DNA of 64,000 nucleotides from Candidatus Curtissbacteria bacterium RIFCSPLOWO2_02_41_11 (GTDB lineage: Bacteria > Patescibacteriota > Microgenomatia > Curtissbacterales > GWA2-41-24). Made by a program: the position numbers and the translations under genes. Location: contig MFBU01000022.1 of assembly GCA_001775055.1 (NCBI GenBank), forward strand, positions 3,278 through 67,277. The letters run 5' to 3'. The notes under the pieces are model-generated. The model worked only from the letters and a program-made list of their open reading frames with translations. It was not told where the DNA came from and made no database searches. Below, piece by piece: positions 47,388 through 57,023 of the stretch (positions within the stretch are counted from its first letter, which is position 1; the number at the start of each line of letters is the position of its first letter).

Positions 47388-49693
47388 AAATATAGTGCAG
47401 AAAGTGCTGTTAGAACAACGCCTACTGTTGAAAGATAAAGACCATTATAAAATGTTTGAGATCTAAATTTAAATTCAACTTCATGTTGACCTTCGGGAAC
47501 AATTACAGACTGAAACATAAAGTTCACCTTTTTAATCTCTGTTTTATTCCCATCAACATAAGCCTGCCAGCCAGGATAATAGACATTTGAAAGAATTAGT
47601 GGTGCTTGTTTATCAACATTAACTAAAAGTTTAAACGACTGATCAAAGTATTCGGTAAAACTTAAAGAGCTCTTAATATCTTGTTTTGGAAACTCAAATG
47701 AGCTCGAAACGGCACTGGTTTTAATATCAAAGTTTTTATCCAGCAATTTTGCCAGTTCTTGTTCTTTCCTTGTAACTTTGACGACTTGATTTACGAAAAA
47801 TGCTCGGGGCAGTACATTTTTATTTAGATAAACTTTTGTATCGCCCTCCTGTATTATTTTTTCGAAATCACTACTTGATAATTCATCAAAAGTTAGAACA
47901 TACTTAACATTAAGAAAATTAGCGATTTGTGAGTCATATTTTTGGGGTGTAACTATTCTATTAAAAGATCCAGCAGGAGCTGGTTTACCCGATTGCCAGC
48001 TTGAGACTAACTGAGCATAGTCTTTTAAGAAAAGCGGATCATAACCATCGACAGATTCTATTTTAAAAACACTTGAGGTATTAGGGTGAAGAATCCTTCT
48101 ATCAGTTGACATTATCCTAAACGGTTTCTCTTGAGAAGTTAGATATTGTATTGATTTGGTCTCGGGAAAAATCCAAGATAGCTTTGAAAATGAAGTGAAT
48201 TTATAACCAAACCGGAAAAGTTCTCCAAGTGTAACAGCAAATAAAACAAGAATGATTAATTTCTTTGAAAGGTTGAAATACCAAAAAATACTAGTTATGA
48301 AAAGAATAAATACAGTAACTATTGGCAAGGCCAGATTTCTTAAGGCTATGCTGCTTGCCGAAATGTTGGAAACTGTTGGAAAAGAATTTTTATTAAGCAC
48401 CGTATAGATAACTAACAATAATAAGACAAAAAAGATTAAAATTTGAGGAACAAAAATTTTTTTATCCTTTTTGTTTTTTAAAAAATAGTCGAGCCCGTAA
48501 GCAGATAAAACGCTCATTGCAAAAACAAATAAAAATAAAATTCTTGATGGCTGCAGTGATGATAAAAAAGGTGTTTTTAAAAGGTAAGGAATTTTCGAGA
48601 TAGGATTAGCCAGCGCTAAAATTATTGATATAACCGCAAGAAAGATAAAGAAAATTGCATGAGGTTTTTTTTTAAGAATAGTCAGTAAAGCAAGTGCAAG
48701 AGGAATTATTCCAATGAAACTGACAAATTCTGCCCAGTTCCAGACTCCCCAATAATTGTATGTAGTTGGACTACCAAAAAAATCGGGAGCAATAAGCTGG
48801 ATAAAATGTTGTATTGGCAGAAACCAATCAGGTCTTTGGGGATAATAACTTTGATCTACCTCTCTTGCTGATAATTTGATAAATTCCAATGCCGGCAAAA
48901 GTTGTACTGAGGAGACTAAAATTCCCAAAATAAGAGCAACTATGGTAAGAACTGTTGGCGTAAGTTTTCTAAACTTATAAATTAAAAAGGCAAAATACAT
49001 TAATGTAGCTAGAAATACATACAAAGCAGTTTGAGCATGACCAGCGAAGATTGTTTGAGAAGCTGAAAAAACTATAATAAAAAACCATAGAACTGATTGT
49101 TTGTTAAATAATTTATTCAATGACAAAAGTATTAATGGCAACCACACAGCCGTTGTCACAATAGTCCCCCAGGTCAACCAAGCAATAAAAAAACCTGAAA
49201 AAGGTAAAACAAAACCTCCAAAGACCGATGCTACTGGGGAAATTTTTAAGTTTCTCAAGAAGAAAAACATAAGAAGACTTGTTAAGATCGGCGGCAGGAT
49301 TATCTGAATTGACCAAGCTATTTTAAATGGAAAAATGAAAAAGAAAATATTAAATACCTGAAATGTTGAAGATTGAATATTTGCCAAAAGCGGTTGACCT
49401 GAAAAGCTATAAGGATTCCATAGAGGTAGATTTCCTTCCTTTATATTAAATACTGCCAAATTGCGCCATGGATATGTCTGCAAGACCGGATCTGTTATCA
49501 GAGGATTTTTAACGGGAAATTTCCCTACATTGTAACCATCATACGTTTGATCTCTCCAAGGGTGGTAAAGTCCTAAAAGATCATCGGCAGGGATAGGCAC
49601 TTTACCAATTAGCAAATTTGGCAAGAAAAAAAGAAATGTTAAGATGCAAACGATTACTGCCCCAAAAAAAGTCTTAGAAGATAATTTTTTCAT
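47369..49693 (-). CDS. YfhO-family GT-C membrane protein
   Basis: 'DP..Q.YPW', 'PLWNPYSFSGQPLLAN', 'AGH.Q', 'GYDP', 'LPRAF', 'YYPGWQAYVDG'. Confidence 0.88.
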   Translation of the reverse strand: MKKLSSKTFFGAVIVCILTFLFFLPNLLIGKVPIPADDLLGLYHPWRDQTYDGYNVGKFPVKNPLITDPVLQTYPWRNLAVFNIKEGNLPLWNPYSFSGQPLLANIQSSTFQVFNIFFFIFPFKIAWSIQIILPPILTSLLMFFFLRNLKISPVASVFGGFVLPFSGFFIAWLTWGTIVTTAVWLPLILLSLNKLFNKQSVLWFFIIVFSASQTIFAGHAQTALYVFLATLMYFAFLIYKFRKLTPTVLTIVALILGILVSSVQLLPALEFIKLSAREVDQSYYPQRPDWFLPIQHFIQLIAPDFFGSPTTYNYWGVWNWAEFVSFIGIIPLALALLTILKKKPHAIFFIFLAVISIILALANPISKIPYLLKTPFLSSLQPSRILFLFVFAMSVLSAYGLDYFLKNKKDKKIFVPQILIFFVLLLLVIYTVLNKNSFPTVSNISASSIALRNLALPIVTVFILFITSIFWYFNLSKKLIILVLFAVTLGELFRFGYKFTSFSKLSWIFPETKSIQYLTSQEKPFRIMSTDRRILHPNTSSVFKIESVDGYDPLFLKDYAQLVSSWQSGKPAPAGSFNRIVTPQKYDSQIANFLNVKYVLTFDELSSSDFEKIIQEGDTKVYLNKNVLPRAFFVNQVVKVTRKEQELAKLLDKNFDIKTSAVSSSFEFPKQDIKSSLSFTEYFDQSFKLLVNVDKQAPLILSNVYYPGWQAYVDGNKTEIKKVNFMFQSVIVPEGQHEVEFKFRSQTFYNGLYLSTVGVVLTALSALYLWRKYQ

Positions 49694-50723
49694 ATTCCCT
49701 AAAGAAAACCTCCTGGCTAAATCTTCGACTATTTTTAATGGCGGCTGCCGAAAGTTTTAAAAACTGATCTTTATTGTTAATAACACTTAACGTTGCCTCA
49801 TAAAGCTGGGCTTTAGTTGACCATAACCTGCCATTTTTACCATCTTCTACGATTTCTTTTTGCCCACCTTTTTCAATTACTATTGGAACAGCACCGGCAG
49901 CAGACCCCTCAACTGTTGCTATCCCAAAGTGTTCCATTTTCTGGGGAAATTTTATTTCATCTTCTCCAAAGCCAGTAGCATGCCAATAGATGGAAGTCTG
50001 GGAATAGAGATTTCTCAATTTATCAACCGGTAAATTCTCAAAAATTCTAATGCCATAACCTCTGGCCGCCTTTTTCAAACTGTGTACGTACTTATAATCC
50101 TCTTTTTTAGACTGACCGACTAAAACTAATCTCCAAGAGGGTACTTTCTTGTAAATCTCTTTGAAGACCTCGATCAAAACTTCCTGTTTTTTAGGATGAA
50201 GTTGTCCTTTGCTGAATCTACCAACTGAGAGTATTATTTTTTCTTTTTTCCCAAGCTTAATTCGGTTAACATCAACAGGCGGATAAATTACTTTAGAATC
50301 AACTCCGAAGCTCTTGTCGATATAACTCTTGGTAAAATTTGAGTTGGCCACAATCCAGCCATATCTTGTAAGTTTAACTTTTGTCCGCAGTGATACCGGA
50401 GGGAAATTAAACGGAACTTGAAAATGAAGAACATTCCGAGATGCTAAAGTTAAAGGTACGCTGCCATCCGACAAGATAAAAATAAAATTATATCCAAAAG
50501 TTGAATAGGTTTTTTTAAAAAAACTTGCCTTAAAAATATTCTTAACAAATCTGGTATTTGCTAGATCGATTTTTAAAAAACGAGCCAAAGGGGCTTTAAT
50601 CGCGGGATCATCCCAGAAAATATCAACTATATGGCCCTTCGAAAGATGTGAAGCTAGAGTTAGCATATATCTTTCCCCTCCACCAAAAGTATCAAGATAT
50701 GGACTATAAAAACCAAATTTCAT
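49674..50723 (-). CDS. GT4 glycosyltransferase (ALG11/WbaZ-like)
   Basis: 'GGGERY', 'NS.FT', 'IYPPV', 'VGRF', 'YWHA', 'EHFGI..VE'. Confidence 0.88.
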   Translation of the reverse strand: MKFGFYSPYLDTFGGGERYMLTLASHLSKGHIVDIFWDDPAIKAPLARFLKIDLANTRFVKNIFKASFFKKTYSTFGYNFIFILSDGSVPLTLASRNVLHFQVPFNFPPVSLRTKVKLTRYGWIVANSNFTKSYIDKSFGVDSKVIYPPVDVNRIKLGKKEKIILSVGRFSKGQLHPKKQEVLIEVFKEIYKKVPSWRLVLVGQSKKEDYKYVHSLKKAARGYGIRIFENLPVDKLRNLYSQTSIYWHATGFGEDEIKFPQKMEHFGIATVEGSAAGAVPIVIEKGGQKEIVEDGKNGRLWSTKAQLYEATLSVINNKDQFLKLSAAAIKNSRRFSQEVFFREYEKIIF

Positions 50724-51433
50724 ATTTTCTTTTTAAGAATTAAGTATGCCCGATTGACCGACTCGGAAAATGGTCTTTGTGATAGAAAAAAGTAAAGAAT
50801 AGGGTTTGTTAAAAAATTAAAAATCAATTTAGTAAAAAATACAACTCTTCGCACTAATCTAATTTTTAAATCAAATATAAAAAGCATAAATAAATATTTG
50901 TTAACGGTAATATTTCCAGAATAGAAAACCTGGCAGTTTTGATCTTTTGTAAACATAGTTATATCAGGCACTGAAGGAAGCCCAAATTTTATGTGCTCTT
51001 TAAGATAAGTCACTTCTTGACCTGTTTTAGAGAACCAATTTTGAATCTCTTTCTCATACTGAATGTGTTTTTTTGTCCCAATTGGAAAAGATAAAATTGT
51101 TCTTTTTGAACAGACATTAACTAGTCTTTCGATAAAATTTTTTCTTCGCGTCTTTGGAATATGTTCGAGAACATCTATGGCACAAACAACATCAAAAGAG
51201 TTTTTCCTAAAAGGCAGACTGTCTTTTTTGATGATTACATCACCGCTTGTTAAATTGGCAACTACTATCTTGGAGGCACTACAGAATTGTGACAAATGAT
51301 TGAGTTCACCACCCACATCGACAACTGATTCATTTTTCTTTATAAAACTGCCAGCTTTTCGGTGCCTTTCATAAACGTCATACGGTAGAAACAATTTAAA
51401 TGATAACAACCTACTTAATTTTTTTCTGAGCAT
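50720..51433 (-). CDS. Class I SAM-dependent methyltransferase-like protein
   Basis: 'VVDVGG', 'LPFRKNSFDVV...DVLEHI'. Confidence 0.8.
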   Translation of the reverse strand: MLRKKLSRLLSFKLFLPYDVYERHRKAGSFIKKNESVVDVGGELNHLSQFCSASKIVVANLTSGDVIIKKDSLPFRKNSFDVVCAIDVLEHIPKTRRKNFIERLVNVCSKRTILSFPIGTKKHIQYEKEIQNWFSKTGQEVTYLKEHIKFGLPSVPDITMFTKDQNCQVFYSGNITVNKYLFMLFIFDLKIRLVRRVVFFTKLIFNFLTNPILYFFLSQRPFSESVNRAYLILKKKI

Positions 51434-52172
51434 TGTTTTGTAACTCCCAAAGATAGACTAAAACAATCGCTTGATGAAATGTTTGGTAAATGGACTCGAG
51501 TAATCCAGCCTGACCATCTAGAAATCCCATTTTTATAAAATATCGCTTAAAAAATTCAAAAAATAATGCTTTGGAGACTTTTAAGGCAGAAACTTTTGTG
51601 CAGTAAGTTTTGTAATAAAGCTCTGCCTCGATTTTGGCCCACTTTATGGATTTTTTAAGCATTTGACTTAGATTCCTGCCTGTGAGATGAATTAAGGGTG
51701 ATTTAAAATGACCAAACTGGCCTTGAATCTTAGGAGTCTCATGGACTTTACCTTCCCAATTGATCAACTGACTGCGCCTGATGAGTCTTGGGACATAATC
51801 CGGCCACCACCCGCCATGTTTTAACCATTTCCCAAAGATTATATTTTTTCTGGGGAAATAGTAAGCCATATAATGATTTTTGTTCGTCGCTTCCCTGATT
51901 TCTTTGATAAGACTTTGATCTATACGTTCATCGGCATCTATGTAAAATAACCAGTCTCCTTTTGCTAGACTTGCCAAGATGTTTCGATTCTTATCAAAAG
52001 CTTCAGATTTTGTGGTGTAAATACGTTTGGTATAACGTTTTGCAATCTCTTGTGTTTTATCTGCCGAATTTTGATCTAAAAGGATAATTTCATCTACAAA
52101 ATCCAGTTGCTTTAGACAATCACTAATCATTATCTCTTCATTATTAGTAAGGATAAGGGCTGAAATTTTCAT
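51411..52172 (-). CDS. GT2 glycosyltransferase (WaaE-like)
   Basis: 'NEE..I.DC', 'IDADER', 'GWWPDY', 'VHE', 'GFLDG'. Confidence 0.9.
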   Translation of the reverse strand: MKISALILTNNEEIMISDCLKQLDFVDEIILLDQNSADKTQEIAKRYTKRIYTTKSEAFDKNRNILASLAKGDWLFYIDADERIDQSLIKEIREATNKNHYMAYYFPRKNIIFGKWLKHGGWWPDYVPRLIRRSQLINWEGKVHETPKIQGQFGHFKSPLIHLTGRNLSQMLKKSIKWAKIEAELYYKTYCTKVSALKVSKALFFEFFKRYFIKMGFLDGQAGLLESIYQTFHQAIVLVYLWELQNNAQKKIK

Positions 52173-53077
52173 AGAAAACTGCCTTTGCCAAAATTAAAAG
52201 TCACAAAATCAATCAGTGCTTTTCTTTTGACAGGTATATTTATTTGACTTAAGTTTTGTCTGAATACTGCAAGTTTTGTTCTTAACTTGGCGTATTTAAA
52301 AGCAAAAAGTAAGCGGTTTCGAGTTATAAAATAATCTTGAGTGACTGAACCTGAACCACCAGCAGAACTTGCATTCTTGTGCCATAAAAATGCTTTGGGT
52401 TCAAAAATTATTTTAAAACCGGCTCTTTTTGCTCTAACACAAAAATCCATGTCTTCAAGATATAAAAAATATTTTTTATCAAAAAAACCGATTTTTTCAA
52501 AGACCTGTCGCTTGATTAACATACAAGCACCAGTTGCCAGATCAATTTCCAGTCTTTTTGAAAATTGGCCGTGATCGACATCATCAACACCTATATGTTT
52601 ACCGATTATATTTTGCCAATCTATCCTGCCCCCTGCATACCAAATAACTTTTCCGCTTTCACTTTTAGTGTATCTTAATTTGTGAAATTCAAAACCGGGA
52701 GCAAAGTAAATTTTTGGTGAGATAATCCCGCCATATTGGGAAGAGTTTAGTAAATTTTTAATCAAGAACCTATCTACAATCGTGTCATTATTTAAAATTA
52801 GAATAAAATCGGTTTCTTTTTTTAAAGCTGCCTCAATGCCGACATTAATTCCCCCAGCAAATCCCAGATTTTTTTGATTTTCAATCAGATTAACATCTTC
52901 TAATTTTAATAAGGCTTCAACTGATCCATCATCTGAATTATTATCAACAACGATAAACTCCGTTTTGAGATTATCTTGACTACATCTTCGCAGAGAATCA
53001 AGACACTCAAGCGTGTCTTCGAGGCCTTTATAATTTAAAATAACAGCTATTATTTTTAATTTATCCATGGTTGCCAA
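52169..53077 (-). CDS. GT2 glycosyltransferase (rhamnosyltransferase-like)
   Basis: 'VDNNS', 'NLGFAGG', 'LNNDT', 'TGAC', 'YLEDMDF', 'RNR'. Confidence 0.9.
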   Translation of the reverse strand: MATMDKLKIIAVILNYKGLEDTLECLDSLRRCSQDNLKTEFIVVDNNSDDGSVEALLKLEDVNLIENQKNLGFAGGINVGIEAALKKETDFILILNNDTIVDRFLIKNLLNSSQYGGIISPKIYFAPGFEFHKLRYTKSESGKVIWYAGGRIDWQNIIGKHIGVDDVDHGQFSKRLEIDLATGACMLIKRQVFEKIGFFDKKYFLYLEDMDFCVRAKRAGFKIIFEPKAFLWHKNASSAGGSGSVTQDYFITRNRLLFAFKYAKLRTKLAVFRQNLSQINIPVKRKALIDFVTFNFGKGSFL

Positions 53078-56055
53078 CCTTCGAACAGGTCGAAAGGAGA
53101 TAAGAACTTTGAAAATGATTGAAATTCAAAGCTAAATATACCTGGTGTATAACTTTTGAAGCCAAGTAATTTTGAGCCGGGGATTGATAGGCCAAAAACC
53201 GGCATAGAATCTATTCTAGAATATTTAATAATTTTAAGTACAGATTTGACGGGAGACACCGCCTTATTATAAAAAGTTAACAAGGTTAATTTTTTCTTGT
53301 TTAAATTGTTCTCTTGCGCTGACGGTTTGACAATGTCTTGACCGTTAGTTGTTATGCTACTTGTACTGATCTGTACTTCCCTATTATCAAGTATTAAAAT
53401 TAAACGATCAAATTTTTCCAGAATTTCCAACTTTTTTACAGACCCTAAATTAATTTGATTAGCAAGCATTAAATTATCAATAATTGCTGGAACTTTTCTA
53501 TTAAGATATTGATTTTCATCCGCATAAAAGAAGTCTTTAAATGGCATTTGTGAGTAGTAACGCAGATCTTTCAAGAAATAACTGCTGTCTTCTTTAAAAA
53601 CTGCGACTCTAAATTTGGGTGACATATACCAGAAGTTCTCGCTTTTTTTAAGTAAATGGGCGGGAGAGATACCAGGATACTTCTCTCGGTACCAATTGGC
53701 AAAATTAGACATCGTTACAATTGCCAAACCTTCGGATTTTTGCATAGCTTCAAGAATATCTAGCTGTTTGGCAAATTCTTCGGAAAATCTCTGAGCTTCC
53801 TGACCTGCCTCAAGTCCAATGGTTATCTGAATGAAATCGTTGTTTTTGGAATTTGCTAGATAATCATCTAGAAGAGTAACAAAGTAATTTGTGTTATAGC
53901 CATTACTGATGTAATCGTTTGCCTGAAAACTTTGCCGTGAGTCTTTAATTTCTTTCCCGTAGCCTAAAACTGGATCTCTTTGCGCCCATTGAATATTTAC
54001 AATTGGAATTTTATTTGACTGATTTATAGCCGGTTCAAGAGTATTTAATTTTGAAGGATAAAAAGGCATTCCCCAATATTTTCCCCAGACAGAGGCTGCA
54101 TCAGTATCATATTGATCGGCAACTGTTAATGCAGATTTAACACCTAATTTAGAAAGATAAACTTGCGAGTTGGCATCAATGTACCAGCCTCCTACTGATT
54201 GAGGATCTTTGCCGAAAATTGTATGGAATTTATCAAAATACGTTTTTATTAATTTTTGACGATCTTGTGGTGTATATCCGGATAAAAATAGCTTGTCTGG
54301 TCGGTAATAATCTCCGATGGCAACTTTGTAGAGAACTCTGGCATCAGTTGCCCATTTTTCGCTCACCTCCAGAAAAGCTCCAATTTCTTGATCTTTTTGA
54401 CCGTTAAGAAGACCAAGTAGCTCTTGGTCAAATAAACTTTCATAGCTAAGAAGCCATGTTGCATTTAAATTTCTATCTGTTATCTGTTTCAGTTGAGAAC
54501 TAATAACCTTCGCTGACTGATTATTCCAAAGATATCTTGGCCTTACAGGGTTAACGATGGTTATGAATTTAGGTAGTCTTGGTTCCTCTGGCTTTTGTTT
54601 TGAAAGTCTAATAAGTTTTATGTCGCCATTCATGTTCCAAATACCCTTAACGAATGACGGTTGAAAGCTGGCGATTTCAAATAGAGAGTTTTGTCTAACG
54701 ACTCTGGCTGGATCGCGAGTTATTACATAGAGGTTTTGAGGATAGTCGTAATGCTCTATACCCTCGGGTTTCTTGCCATAAATAGACGTCAAATAGCGAT
54801 AAGTCATAGCGCGAGAATCACCATCAAGCGTAGACGTAATATTAAATGATTCATTTTGGATATCGCTCGCAATAATTTGTGAAATATTTCTGATTTCTTT
54901 TAAAGTTAAATCCTCTGGCATAGTGTAACCCGACGATGAAAAGAAATCATTTTTTTGGAATAAAAAAATGGATATTATAATCAAGATTAATAAAGGGAAG
55001 GCCTTATTAATTTTTTTTGTAAAATATATGACAACACCAGCAAGAATAAAGATGGAAGGATAACTTACCGCTAAATAATGAGGCATTAATTGGCCAGAGT
55101 ATAAACTGGCAAAAACGACATTAATCACCAGAATACTTACCAAAAAATTAATAATAATTTTTTGTTCTGCCGATGCCTGTTTCATAATTTTGAAAATTAT
55201 CAATATAAACATAACTGAAAAGATCAAAATGAGAGAACTAAAGCCAATAGTATCAATGCTCATAAATCGTACTGATAAGATTAATTTCTCAATGAAATTG
55301 ACAATGGTCAAATTAAAAGGAGTTGTATTTAACTGTTTCAAAAATTGACTTGTTAGGAAAAAATCATTTCTAGACTCAAATAGAATTATGGGGGAGATTG
55401 CAAAAGCTATTCCTAGTAACAAACTGAGTATGTACCTCATTTTTAATAATTCTCGATTGTTCAACAAATAAATTAAGAAAGCAGGAAGAATAATCAAGCC
55501 TAAATAATGAAGATGAAAGGCAAAACCAGTCAAAAGACCAAAAATTGCAAAAATAATCGGTGAATTTTTTTTCTTTACAGTTAGAAGAAAAATTATTAGA
55601 GAGGTGATCGGTAATATGAAATAGGGATTCGACGGAAAGCCAAGATAGTTAACCCAGTAAGGAGAAAGCGTGGCAATAACTCCAGAAATGATTGCCGCAT
55701 TGACTGAGAATATTTTTTTAGTAACGAGATAGATCAAAAAAATTGTAACAAGTCTCGCCAAAACAGTAGCATAGGATGCTCCAATTGGATCTAATTTTGT
55801 CAGCCATATAAACGGGGCTAATAAATAGTAATAAAATGGCCCTAAGTAGAGTGTTGATAAACCATTATATGGACCAATTCTCGGACCAAGAAGAGTTAAG
55901 TTGCCTTTAAGAATTGGTCTAATATTCTCTAAATCATATCCCTGATCTCCTCCAAAAGTGGTTAATGCCTCAAGACGCCAGAAGCGAAGGATTGCTGCAA
56001 TAATCAGAATTATTATTATTGGCCAATTTGATTTTAAGAACTTTCTTATTTGCAC
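53056..56055 (-). CDS. Fusion: N-terminal GT-C (PMT-like) domain + C-terminal soluble carbohydrate-active-like (deacetylase/GH-like barrel) domain
   Basis: 'LRFW.L....FGGDQG', 'GPFYYY', 'HLHY', then ~500 aa with 'NATW', 'EIGAFLEV', 'LSGY', 'FG..P.SVGGW', 'DQ..TD', 'PFYPSK'. GTG 56055 follows TATAAT by 6 nt. Confidence 0.7.
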   Translation of the reverse strand: MQIRKFLKSNWPIIIILIIAAILRFWRLEALTTFGGDQGYDLENIRPILKGNLTLLGPRIGPYNGLSTLYLGPFYYYLLAPFIWLTKLDPIGASYATVLARLVTIFLIYLVTKKIFSVNAAIISGVIATLSPYWVNYLGFPSNPYFILPITSLIIFLLTVKKKNSPIIFAIFGLLTGFAFHLHYLGLIILPAFLIYLLNNRELLKMRYILSLLLGIAFAISPIILFESRNDFFLTSQFLKQLNTTPFNLTIVNFIEKLILSVRFMSIDTIGFSSLILIFSVMFILIIFKIMKQASAEQKIIINFLVSILVINVVFASLYSGQLMPHYLAVSYPSIFILAGVVIYFTKKINKAFPLLILIIISIFLFQKNDFFSSSGYTMPEDLTLKEIRNISQIIASDIQNESFNITSTLDGDSRAMTYRYLTSIYGKKPEGIEHYDYPQNLYVITRDPARVVRQNSLFEIASFQPSFVKGIWNMNGDIKLIRLSKQKPEEPRLPKFITIVNPVRPRYLWNNQSAKVISSQLKQITDRNLNATWLLSYESLFDQELLGLLNGQKDQEIGAFLEVSEKWATDARVLYKVAIGDYYRPDKLFLSGYTPQDRQKLIKTYFDKFHTIFGKDPQSVGGWYIDANSQVYLSKLGVKSALTVADQYDTDAASVWGKYWGMPFYPSKLNTLEPAINQSNKIPIVNIQWAQRDPVLGYGKEIKDSRQSFQANDYISNGYNTNYFVTLLDDYLANSKNNDFIQITIGLEAGQEAQRFSEEFAKQLDILEAMQKSEGLAIVTMSNFANWYREKYPGISPAHLLKKSENFWYMSPKFRVAVFKEDSSYFLKDLRYYSQMPFKDFFYADENQYLNRKVPAIIDNLMLANQINLGSVKKLEILEKFDRLILILDNREVQISTSSITTNGQDIVKPSAQENNLNKKKLTLLTFYNKAVSPVKSVLKIIKYSRIDSMPVFGLSIPGSKLLGFKSYTPGIFSFEFQSFSKFLSPFDLFEGWQPWIN

Positions 56056-56117
56056 TGCCTGATTATATCTTAAGGAAGTAAGGGCATCCAATAATTGCTG
56101 GAGCCAATTTAAACTGA

Positions 56118-57023
56118 TTAGCTGATTTTTCGGCGGAGTTTATAGTAGAGTTTTTTGGCTGGGTTTGCTTCAATCAATGTCTGGTAAATCCAATATCTAA
56201 TATCCCTAGTCACGTTTGAAAATTCCTTTACAACCTCGGAGAGAAAATTATCTGGGGTTAAATCGGCAAATTTTTCTTTTCTCTCCCAGACTTTGGCAAA
56301 AAATACCAGTGAATAAAAAGCTTGAAACATGGAAAGAATCAGGCCGTGGATTCCATCTTTATAGCCTTTCTCAAAGAAAAATGTTTTGACAAAATCATTC
56401 GTTGGCCAACGGATAGCATCATGCCAAACAATTTGTTGACCGCTTTTGAGGAAATTTTCAGTTTCTGATTCCGTGTAGGTTTTGTCGAGCTTTTGGATAA
56501 ACTGAGAGACAGTCTGATAATTATAGTGGATTAGAGGATTCGTCAATTTACCAACATCTCCAGTCACAACAAGCTTTTCATGCACATGCTTTTCGGGAAA
56601 TTTTCCTTTCCCGCGCCTGAAAAGTCGTAAATTATAATCCGGCCACCAGATAGAATGTCTAATCCATTTGCCAAAAATTATATTTTTTCGGGGAATTTCA
56701 TATCCTGAGAACTGATTGACGCTGATTTTAGATCGGATTTCGCGGATTAATTCTTTCGTGAGTCTTTCATCAGCGTCAAGGGAAATTATCCAGTCGCCTG
56801 TTGCCTTGCCAAATCCAAAATTTTTATTTTTATTAAGCATCACCGGGTCATTTGGTCTTATAAAAATTTTGTTTGTGTATTTTTTGGCAATTTCTACCGT
56901 TCTATCCTCCGAAGTGTTGTCCACGAAAATTATTTCATCAGCAACAAGTCTTGCAGATTTTAAACAATCCTCAATTAACTGTTGCTCATTATATGCGGAG
57001 ATAACAACACTAATTTTTTTCAT
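56118..57023 (-). CDS. GT2 glycosyltransferase (WaaE-like)
   Basis: 'LDADER', 'RKNIIFGKW', 'WWPDY', 'HVHE'. Confidence 0.9.
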   Translation of the reverse strand: MKKISVVISAYNEQQLIEDCLKSARLVADEIIFVDNTSEDRTVEIAKKYTNKIFIRPNDPVMLNKNKNFGFGKATGDWIISLDADERLTKELIREIRSKISVNQFSGYEIPRKNIIFGKWIRHSIWWPDYNLRLFRRGKGKFPEKHVHEKLVVTGDVGKLTNPLIHYNYQTVSQFIQKLDKTYTESETENFLKSGQQIVWHDAIRWPTNDFVKTFFFEKGYKDGIHGLILSMFQAFYSLVFFAKVWERKEKFADLTPDNFLSEVVKEFSNVTRDIRYWIYQTLIEANPAKKLYYKLRRKIS

